Positions 1-9,772 of a DNA stretch of 41,543 nt are shown here, piece by piece (position 1 is the first letter of the stretch; every line of letters begins with the position of its first letter). Source of the stretch: Prorocentrum cordatum (Eukaryota). A program made the translations under genes and the position numbers. A model generated the notes under the pieces. That model was not told the origin of the DNA and made no database searches. It saw only the letters and a list, made by a program, of their open reading frames with translations. The stretch spans positions 620,001 to 661,543 of the forward strand of contig CAUYUJ010000314.1 in NCBI GenBank assembly GCA_963575745.1, given 5' to 3'.

Positions 1-797
1 TCTTTTCAGCAGCTGCGCCTCGCCGAGAGCGTTTGGAGGATGCCCAGATCGTCCCGAAGTGCCGCCCGAGAGCCGAGTTATGGCCCGAAAGCCCGTGATC
101 ACCAGTAGGGTGGGGATAGGCTCAGGGGGGTATGGCCCGATAGCCCACCCCGCCCAGGAACGTGGCATTCGCAATCGAGGGCGCATCGCCGACCTATGGG
201 CGATGTATCGCCGATTCGAGGTCGATGCCCCCCCTAAGCCAGTCTCCCTTATCGCTCCCCCTCTAACCTCACAGCAGGCAGCGAAGTACGCAAGACGCAG
301 CTTGCTCCAGGTAGCATCGGCACAGATCTCTTCATCTCCCTCTGTTCGCTGTTCTCTCTATCCATGCTGTGCTCTGCCCCGTCCTCGTCTGCTCATTCCG
401 TGCTCTCTCTCTCTCTGTTTTTCTGACTGTACCTGATGGCCTTCGGCCCATCCCGCCGTGCCTGGGTTGTGGGTTGGTATGAAGCCTATTGGATTTTCCG
501 TTGGGATCTCGTGGGAGGCCTCCCGGGGGCCTCTTGGAGGCACTTTTGAGGTATCTTGAGGGTCGTTTTGGGGTCTCTTTTGGGCCTCTCGGGGGCCTCT
601 TGGGGGACTCTTCCGGGCCTCTTGGGGCCCTCTTGGACACCTCTTGGGCCGTCTTGGGGTGGTCTTGGGAGCCTTTTGGGAGAACAGGCGAGACCGCCAA
701 AATCCTTTAATGAGTCAGGGAAATCAATGATTGGAGAGGCCTGACGGCCGGTGCCGCCGACCCTGATCGAAAGGGCTAGGAGTGGGGGGAGGAAGCG

Positions 798-953
798 GAG
801 GAGGAGGAGGAGGAGGAGGAGGAGGAGGAGGAGGAGGAGGAGGAGGAGGAGGAGGAGGAGGAGGAGGAGGAGGAGGAGGAGGAGGGAGGAGGAGGAGGAG
901 CAGGAGGAGGAGGAGGAGGAAAAGGAGGAGGAGGAGGACCAGGAGGAGGAGGA
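798..953. repeat. (GGA)n microsatellite
   Basis: Direct reading. Confidence 0.97.
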
Positions 954-1704
954 AGTGCATCCCGTGCGTGCCCGCTCGAGGAAAGTGCGCCCCGGCGGGC
1001 GTCGTATCTGCCCCGGGCCCCCCCCCCTCCCCCCCCCCTGCGGGGAAGGGATCAAAGGGAAGGGGCTTCCCTTCGACTCCACTACGACGTCGTTTAATTT
1101 CGCTTTGGATAGCGCGCTTGAGGAGGAGAGCCCTGGGAGGGGGAGAACGGAGACGACGGAGACGACGAGTCGAACGGAGAAACCCCTCACACACGCCGAC
1201 AGTGTCGGCGGATTTTTGCCTCTGGCGGCCCTCTTGGGAGGCCTCTTAGAGGCCTCATGGGGCGCCTTGGAGGCTTCTTGGGCCATCTTGAGGCCATCTT
1301 GGGCGTCTCGGAGCGATCTTTCGGCGACTCGGGGCCCTCTTGACCGTCTTGGGGCCCTCTTGGCCCGTCTTGGGGTCCTCTCGGCTCCGACAAAGTCTCG
1401 CGACAAGACGCGAGAAGCCCCGAGAGGTTTGGCAATTTTGGTTCTGGGCCTTAAGAAAGACTCCTCAGGATTGAGGGCTGAAGCTCAGGGGATTCGGCAG
1501 AGGACCTGAGGACGACCACATCGTGCCCAGAGGCAAGGTGGCGGATACCCGTCATAGTTCAGATCTTCCCGACTCTCTTCGTCTCCGTCTCGCTCCTCCC
1601 TTCTCCCTTCGCTGCAGCTCTCTTCCTCCCCCTTTCGTCCCTGAGGTTCCCAGGATGCTTGGCTGGACAGCGGGGGGCTGGTGCCCACACGAGCGTGCCG
1701 CCAG

Positions 1705-1766
1705 GTCGAGGCAAGGCCGGCCAGACGCTCCTGGACTTCAACGAGCGCACGCTGCCTCCGCCCAAG
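1705..1766 (+). CDS. hisC: Exon of histidinol-phosphate aminotransferase-like host gene (N-terminal region)
   Basis: ccag|gt cga ggc... translates (G)RGKAGQTLLDFNERTLPPPK, resembling the HisC N-terminal GR...LxLDxNE..P motif. AG acceptor at 1703-1704; AAG|GA donor at 1767. Confidence 0.65.
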
Positions 1767-2867
1767 GACAGAGGGGAGGAACGGCTGCAGGGAGTCCGAG
1801 CGCTGTGGCTTATTCAGTCCTCCTTCCCCTGCTCCTCCTCCTTCCCCTGCTCCACCTCCTCCTCCTTTTCCTCCTACTCCCGCTCCTTCCGCTGCTGCTG
1901 CTGCTCCTCCTCCTCTTCCTCCCTCCCATCCGCGCGGCCTGTGGGAGCGTCCGGGCAGCCGCTGGACGTCTTGGGCCCCAAACGCTGCAGTAAGGACGCG
2001 GTGTGAGGGCGCAGGCTGTATGCACCGGTGCACAGATCTCCGCCACGGCACTCATGCCTGGCGTCCAGGTTCGGGCCAGACCAGGTGAGTGCGAAGTGCT
2101 ATCGTCGATGCGGGCCCCGTTGCAAGAGTCATTAGGACCACGGCTTAGGCCAAGTCATTGGCACAGCAGGTACTCGCGATGCAATGTGGGTCGACATGTG
2201 CTGACCGCATTCATGCCACATGGAGGGGACGTGAGTCGCCACCGTTTTGCGTTCGTTGCAGAAGCCCTACAGCCGTTTACGCCGACGGGAAGAAATTAGC
2301 AGCTTGGGCGCAGGAGGCGGAAGGGGGACAGGGGGCAAGGGGCAGTGGCGGCTTTGATGTGAGGGTGGAAGTCTCGTGGGCCTCGGCCCATGCCGCCACT
2401 GCGCCTGGGTCGTGGCCCAGAGAGGCCTTGTGGACACCTCGGGAGATCTTGGCGGGCTTCTTGGGGGGCTCCTGTGGGCCAGTGAAGCCACTGGGGTGCG
2501 TCTTGGGGCCTCACGGATCCTCTTGTGGGCCTCTTGTTGGCCTCTTACTCTTGTGGGCCTCGCGATCATGCTGGAGGGGTTGGCTTCCAGTGGTGCGACA
2601 GTGGCGTGCTTCTTCGGCCCCTCGTCGGCCGTCCTGGAGGCCTCTTGGGTCATGCTGGGCCGGTCTTGGGGAGATTTTGGGCCGTCTTGGACGCTCGCGC
2701 GACCGATGCGGCGAGAATGCTAAGACCACGGAGAAGCTCAAGGGCTTCCACGGATTTTTTGGCCTCCCGGGCTGGCCCCGGGGACCTCCAGAGTGGCCCG
2801 CGAGACTCCCAGGAGTGCCCTGGTTGGCCCAGAGAGGGCTCTCGGACGCCCAGGCGGCCCAAAGATA

Positions 2868-3041
2868 CAGTGGAGGCCCATGCCGAGAACGCCCTGCTTG
2901 CCTCCAGGGTGCCCTGGGTTTCTTGGGATTCGATCGTTTTGCTATGGAGTACGTGACGCTCCCACACTAAAAATCCATGGACGTCCTGGGTCTCAGAGTT
3001 GGGTTTCTTGTGGAAGGTTTCTTGTGGTCGAGCTCCTACTG
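2868..3041. mobile_element. 174-bp Tc1/mariner-type MITE, copy 1
   Basis: TA|cagtggag...ctcctactg|TA with imperfect TIRs starting CAGT; near-identical second copy at 28243-28417 with different flanks. Confidence 0.85.
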
Positions 3042-3684
3042 TAGCCAAATTCCTGACGCTTCGCATGTCTCCACCAGCCCATCCAAGATGGGTCACCAGG
3101 CGAGTTGCCCTGATCAGGGATGTGCAGCAGCGGCATGCAGTCACGCTCTGGGGGCCTCTTGGAGGCATCCTGGGGCCATCGTGGGGCCCTCCTGGGTCCA
3201 TTTTGGGGGCCTCTGGGGCTAGGTGGACCGTTCCCTAGGGTCCCCGGCCCCCGTCCCCTGGGACCCCCCTTCCAGGGGACCCCCCCTAGCAGGCGGGGAA
3301 TCAATCAGAGGGAACGGACTTCCGTTCGACTCGGCTCCGGACTCGGTCGAGTCGCTTCGGACGGTCGAGCTTGGAGAGCCGCAGGTGGCCGCAGGGAGAG
3401 GAGGGGAGAGCTTCGAGTGGAACAACGTAGGCGCAGAGTACCCTGGAACAGGCGTCTCCTGAAGAGGGGTCCGCAGCGCCCACCGCGGGGCGCCCGGGGA
3501 CAAGGCCGAGTTTGGACCTGCTTCACTGCGCGCGAGCATCGCTGCGGACGTCGCCACTGTGTTTGATTTTATAGGGTCGGTGTACGTACGCGCGCGCGAC
3601 CGACCATCACGTGAGTGGGCTCGGGGACAGGGTGCGCTGCATGGCGGAGTGGACGAGCCAGAGAGCAAGAGAGAGAGAGAGGGG

Positions 3685-4228
3685 TATGTCTGTCTGTATG
3701 TATGCATGTATGTGTGTATGTATGAATGTATGTATGCATGTATGTTTGCATGCATAGATGTAGGTGTACATGTGTATGTGTGTATAATCCTTTGCATATG
3801 TATAAATATGTCTACATATATGTGTATGTATACATATGTATACGTACAGGCATATTTGTTTATATGTATATATCTACACATGTAAGGCTTTAAATGTGTA
3901 CAGCTGTGATGATAAACGTGTGCAATGTTTATACGTATTTGTATGAGTGTATGTATATGTATATGTAGAGGTATGTGTCTTGAATAGGTACATATATATG
4001 TATATGCATATGCATTTGTACATGTATATGTATATGTGTATGTATGTCGATGCAGCTCTATACGTAAATGCATATATTATTCATATATGTATTTGTATTT
4101 TTATGTATATGCGCATGTATACATATGTACAAGTAGTTGTACATGACTGTGCATGTGTAATTATATGTATATGATTATGTATATGTATATGCTTATGCAT
4201 AAACATAAATATACATGTATGTACTTGC

Positions 4229-4323
<95 letters not shown>

Positions 4324-4430
4324 CATATGTATATGTATATGTTTGTCCACACATATGTACTTATATGCATGTTTGTATACGTATGTATTTAGATAGATCG
4401 ATGTACAAGGACAGTTATATGTTTTGTGAC

Positions 4431-4495
<65 letters not shown>

Positions 4496-4840
4496 GTGTA
4501 AATGTATATGCATGCGTATAGGGATCTGTATATCAATATTTGTATATGTATATGTATATGGCTATGTTTATGTTGAAGTATAAGTATATGTATATGCATG
4601 TGCACATGTATATGCAGATGTATCTGTATATGTTCATGTACATATATACGTATTTGTATATGCATATGTATTATATATCTATATACATGTATGCATCTAC
4701 GTGTATATGTATATGTATGTGTATATGCATATGTACATGTACATGTGCATGCGTATGTATATGATTTTGTATGTATGTATATACATGCACATACACACAT
4801 GTATACGTCTATGTATATGTATATGTGTGCATGTGTGTGT
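3685..4840. repeat. (TATG)/(TATATG)n compound microsatellite
   Basis: Direct reading. Confidence 0.97.
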
Positions 4841-4920
4841 AGGCGGGGTTTCAGGTCTCCTGGGGGGCCCGGCCCCAGTTCTCCATGGGGAGACCGGGGC
4901 TCCAGGACCTCCTGTTCCTG

Positions 4921-6420
4921 ATCCAAGACGGCCCAAGAGGCATATAAGACGCCCAAGATGGCCTCCAAGACGGCCCTGGAGCACCCCAGGAGGGCCCAAG
5001 ATAGCGTCAGACGGGCCAGGAGCCCACCAAGACGGCCCAAGATGGCTCTAAGATGGCCCAGGAGGCCTCCCAGAGGGCCTCCAGGAAGGCCCGAAGAGCC
5101 AAACTCATTGATTTTCTTTTGGTGAGGGATTCGGGCATTTGCTTCTTTTCGGCCTTCCGACGGCGAGAGGGCCCAAGAGCTCCCAAAGATCGCCCCAAGA
5201 TCGCGCAAGAGGTTTCCAGGATGGCCCCAGAACGACCCACGAGGCCCCCAAGACGGCCCGAAAAGGGCTCCAAGACGGCCCAAGGGGCCTCCAGGACGCC
5301 CAAGATGGCCTCTAAGACGGCCCTGGAGCACCCCAAGAGGGCCCCAAGTCAGACGGGCCAGGAGCTCACCAAGACGGCCCAAGATGGCTCTAAGATGGCC
5401 CAAGACGGCCCAGGAGGCTTCCAAGAGGGCCTCGAGGAAGGCCCGAAAAGACCAACATCATTGATTTTCGTTAGGTTTTTGAAAGGTTTTGTTGGATTTT
5501 GTCATTTGCTTCTTTTCGGCCTTCCGACGGCCCGAGACGGCCCGAGAGCCTCCAAAGATCGCCCCAAGATCGCCCAAGGGGCCTCCAGGATGCCCCAGAA
5601 CAGCCCTAGAGGCCCCCAAGACATCCCCAGAAGGGCCCCAAGACGGCCCAAGAGGCCTCCAAGACGCCAAGATGGCCTCCAAGACGGCCCTGGAGCACCC
5701 CAAGGGGGCCCCAAGTCGAGGGGGGCCAGGCCGGTGCCTGTACCCTCCATGGGCGCCCACCGGTGTTTTCACGGGGGTCCCAGAGCTCTCGAGAAGGCCC
5801 TGGCCCGCCCCATAACGGGCCACGACAGGCTAAGGGGGTCCCAAGAGGGCCCAAGACAGTTCCAAGAGGCCCCGAAGACGCCCAAGATGCCCTCAAGGCG
5901 GCCGACGAGGACCCCAACACGCTCAAGGACGGCCTCAAGAGGCTCCCCAAGAGGGTCCTCGGAGGCAGAATTCATACATTGTTCGAGGTTTTTTGGAGGA
6001 TTTTGGCGTTCTCGCTTTTCCCGCTTACCGATGCTCCCTCACGGCCTCGGAGGCCCTTCAGATCGCTCCAAGACGGCCAACGGGGCCCCGAAGAGGGCCC
6101 CAAGACGGCCCAGGAGGCTCCCCAGACAACCCAAGTGTGCCCCACGAGCGCCCCAGGAGGGGGCCCAGAGGGGGACCGCGAACGGATATTTTGAGGTCTC
6201 TGGCCCTAGAGGCCCCCAGTAGGCTCCCAGAGGCCACCAAGAGGCTCCCAAGAAGCCCCGTGAGACCCCCGTGAGGCCCCCAGGAAGCCCCAAGAGGCCC
6301 CCAAGGGGCTTCCAGGGAACGCCCAAGAGGCCCCCCAACACGCCCCAACAAGTCATGTCCCCAGAAGGCCTTCGGGGACATGGTTCATCATGGGCCCGAG
6401 AGCCTCCGGAGGCTCCGAAG
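4921..6420 (+). repeat. ccaagacggcccaagaggcctc-type dispersed low-complexity repeat family
   Basis: Dense ccaaga/ggccc motifs with an internal duplication of about 340-370 bp. Same family inverted at about 500-720, 1220-1430, 2420-2790, 17260-17480 and direct at 20140-21330. Confidence 0.85.
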
Positions 6421-7050
6421 TCCCATCGCGCTGCCGGAGAGCTGTCTGGGAAGTTGACTGGGAACATGATTGATCGCCTTCTCTGCCGACGTCTGCCGAC
6501 GACGACGACGACGGCGGCGGCGACGACGAAGACGACGACGAATTTCGAACGTCGATTTTCGAAACCGTTGTTCGGCGCTTTCTGCCTTCGGGGGCCGTTC
6601 TCGTGCCCTGGGGTCGTCGGGCTTCGATCTGGGGTGGAAAATTGTGCTGGATGGATCCTGGAAGGGGCCCATCCGACGACGACGACGACGACGACGACGA
6701 AGACTACGAAACGAAGAAGACGAGGACGACGACGACGACGGCGCGCCCCAAGAGGCGACGATGACATTTTGACGACGACGACGACGGCGCGCCCCAACAA
6801 GCTCCCACAGACGCCCCATAAAGCCATGTTCCCAGAAGGCCTTCTGGGAGCCCGATTCATTATGCATTATGCCTCCGCTCCCCTACGCAACGATCTTCCC
6901 CGAAAGCCTCCCGGAGTGCGGATTGACATGCGTGGACTTCTCTCTGCCCATCATGCGTTCAGCGTTATGAGCACTTTTTCTTTTCCCGGTCAAGCCATCT
7001 GTGGTCCACTACTTCAGCGGAGCAGTGAACTCGTCAAGGCTTGGGGCCTA

Positions 7051-7088
7051 CTAGAACCTAAGCGCGCGTAGCGCGCGCGTGGTTCTAG
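7051..7088 (+). repeat. Hairpin-CTAG terminus motif, copy 1
   Basis: ctagaacctaagcgcgcgtagcgcgcgcgtggttctag followed by T; recurs at 21459-21496. Confidence 0.7.
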
Positions 7089-7220
7089 TGTGTATCCGTA
7101 AGGGCTTCGCCCCCATGCCGCCGGCCCTTCTCTCTTGGAATGGGACTTGCCAGAGCTGTGTTGAGATGTCTGGACGCTGACGTGAAGCAATGTCGGGACT
7201 TCACGCGAGGGCCAATATTA

Positions 7221-7710
7221 ATTTACGAGGGTTTATGGCTTCGGTGGCGCGAATATCAGGTCATTTACGATGGTTTATGGTTTCGGGAACGCGAACATTG
7301 CGTAATTTATAAAGCTTTGTGGCCTCGGGGACGCAAACATTGTGTAATTTACGAGGGTGTATGGCCTCGGGGGCGCAAACATCGCGTAATTTACTAGGGT
7401 TTATGGCCTCGGGGACGCGAACATAGTATAATTTGCGAGGGTTTGTGGCCTCGGGGACGCAAGTATGGTATAAATTGCGAGGGTCTATGACGCGAGCATT
7501 GTATACTTTCCAAAGGCTTATGTCTTCGGGGGCGCGTATAGCATTTAATTTACAACGGTCTATGGTTTCGGAGGCGCGAATATGGTGTAATTTGGAAGGG
7601 TTTCTTGGGGACGCGAATATGGTATAATTTACGAGGGTTGATGGCTTCCGGGACGCGAATATGGCGTAATCTGCTAGGGATTATGGTTTCGGGGACGCGA
7701 ATCTCATGTA
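7221..7710. repeat. 42-bp minisatellite, about 12 diverged copies
   Basis: Unit approximately atttacgagggtttatggcttcggggacgcgaatatngtgta. Confidence 0.88.
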
Positions 7711-7792
7711 TTTTGTGTGTCCCCCGATCCCTCGGCGGCCCCGCTCACCCTGGGCAGCGCGGCTCCGGCCCGGCCCACGGCAGGCGGACACA

Positions 7793-8047
7793 GTCGGCTT
7801 TCATGCCGATTTTCGTGGCTGCTACCTGGACGTGGATTGGACTACCACCCCAGGCAGCTACTGATCACCCAGTGGCACAACGCTGCACATCGACTTCGTG
7901 GTCGCCCGCATGTCTTGGCCCTTCCTTACCAGGCTGTGGCACCTGGTGCATTTCGCCTTCCTGGTCTTCCTCTACCTCGCGGACGTTGACTTGATCACGG
8001 CCCTCCTCACGCAGCACTCGAGGATGGTGTTCTTGGCGCGCCGATGA
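7793..8047 (+). pseudogene. Coding relic, unknown protein
   Basis: VGFHADFRGCYLDVDWTTTPGSY*SPSGTTLHIDFVVARMSWPFLTRLWHLVHFAFLVFLYLADVDLITALL; GC3-biased codons, one internal TGA at 7862. Confidence 0.3.
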
Positions 8048-8485
8048 CGGCAACACCAATCCATTTTCCCTGTGGGACCGCGCCCCCTGCTCCAGTCCAC
8101 GGCGTACCTGGTCCTGTGCAAAATCTTCGGCGCCGGCTCTTTTCTGAGCCTTCGGGCCGCCTGAGGCCCCGCCCGCCCACGCCCTGTCTCCCCAATTAGG
8201 GCTACCCGCGACCCGTTTAGCTCTTGACCGGAAGGGGCCCGCTCCCGACCCGCATACCAAAAAGTCCCACGACCGCCCGGGACAACGCGATTCGGGGACG
8301 CTAACCAGGACGCTTTTCGGCTCCCCCCTCGCGCGTTCAGCAACGATCAACAGTGAGGAAGCAGAAAACAAGACTGTAACAGTGGAAACTGGGAACTGCA
8401 ACTGGCGCAGGGAGCTGCGAGCCTAGTCTTCGCAGCCGGATGGTCCCGCAAGGGGGCCGGCGGATTTGTGCATATGTTTACATGT

Positions 8486-8507
8486 TCCGTATCAATTTGG
8501 CCTCAAG
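8486..8507 (+). other. Relic dinoflagellate spliced leader (DinoSL)
   Basis: tccgtatcaatttggcctcaag vs consensus DCCGTAGCCATTTTGGCTCAAG: 18/22 ungapped. It abuts the left TSD and lies 58 nt upstream of the ORF1 ATG at 8566. Confidence 0.8.
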
Positions 8508-8565
8508 GGTTAAGGCGACTTCAGTCAGAGTGTAAGCCTGCGCCAACTCTTCCCCTAGAGCTGCC

Positions 8566-9736
8566 ATGGCGCCGACGTGGTCCAGTGGCGACTGCGGCTC
8601 CGAGTACTGGTGGTGCTAGTGCGGCAGCTGGCAGTGGGCGCAGGAGAAGAAGTGTGCACGGTGTGGCATCACGAATAGGGGAACAAAAAGTGACATGAAC
8701 ATAAAATCTCGGAAGTCCGCGCGGATTTCTCGGATCGGCGCTGGACCCCCCTCCCTGGCGCGCGGAGCGCGCCAGGGGCGGCGCCAGAGGCGCCGCCGGG
8801 GGGCCCCGGCGCCGATCCGAGAAATCCGCGCGGATTTCCGAGTTTTTATGTTTATGCCACTTGTTGTTCTCCTAAAGAAGGCCTGGGGCCAGGTTCAGAC
8901 GCCGACCGAGTCCCAGGAGGAGGCGCTGCCGCCGTGGCAACAAAACGCCGCGGCGCGCCCCTCGCCTCCTGCTCCCGACCGCACCGGCGGCACCGACGCG
9001 GCAGCGCTACGCGGAGGAGAGCATTTCCCCGCCAGTTGTGGCCAGGCATGTGGAGAATTCGTTGGCGGCGCTGCTTGACGAGCCTTGCTGCGCAGATGCC
9101 CGCTCCTCCCTCGTGCATCCGATAGCGGAGAAGAAGCGGGCCACCACGATGTCAAAGCCGATCGCGTCCCAGCTGGCAGGTGCAGCGGCTGCCTGGGAGC
9201 GGGCTGACGTGAAGGTGGAGAGGGCCGAGACCGCGCTTGCGGCTGCCTTGGCCGACGTGGAGAGTGCGAAGGCCGCCGAGGCGAAGCTCGCATCGGAGGT
9301 CCAGGAGCTGCGGGCGAAGGTCACCCAGAGCCAGCAGCCCGACGCGGATAGCATAACGAACATGATGAGTGGCATGGCGACTGTGCTGGAAGACGTGAAG
9401 AAGTTAGGCCGCGTTGCGCCTGAGATCATGGCCGGAGCGGAGCAGGCGATGGCCAAGCTCGTCTCGGACATCGAGGAGGTGGCCAGTCGTGCTCAGGCGC
9501 AGGGCGCTCGGGCGTCGGAGGTCCGAGTGCCGACGATGGGCGACGCTCTTGGTCGCCGTCTGAGGCGCGCCGCATCGGAGACGCCGCGTCGTCGTGGTCA
9601 CGCTGCTGCAGGTCAGCCCGTGCCGAGGTTCCCGTTGCGCGCCGGGAATGGCGCCGCAGCCGCGGCGTATGGCGCTGCCGCCCCTGGAGATCGCAGCCGT
9701 TCTCCCCTTGGCGGCGGCGCGGTTGGTGGCGAGTGA
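8566..9736 (+). pseudogene. LINE ORF1 (N-terminal Cys4 RanBP2-like zinc finger, Ala/Glu-rich coiled coil, C-terminal RSRSP), disrupted
   Basis: MAPTWSSGDCGSEYWWC*CGSWQWAQEKKCARCG, then a MITE insertion, then heptad-like AETALAAALADVESAKAAEAKLASEVQELRAK (ORF 9038-9736). Confidence 0.65.
8678..8872. mobile_element. 195-bp foldback MITE flanked by TA, inserted in LINE ORF1
   Basis: Arms ggggaacaaaaagtgacatgaacataaaatctcggaagtccgcgcgg... and ...ccgcgcggatttccgagtttttatgtttatgccacttgttgttctcc are inverted repeats of about 65-70 bp with about 6 mismatches in the first 64 bp; TA at 8676-77 and 8873-74. Confidence 0.85.
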
Positions 9737-9772
9737 CTTGCGGCGGGTGCAGGGTCCAGCGATGGCATCGAC

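Noticed and set aside
4081..6222. 447-aa and 389-aa ORFs
   Set aside because: Products of the TATATG microsatellite and the ccaaga repeat family.
7221..7710. CRISPR-like appearance of the 42-bp array (also the 33-bp and 22-bp arrays)
   Set aside because: Units are contiguous and diverged along their whole length with no unique spacers; no cas genes; eukaryotic context.
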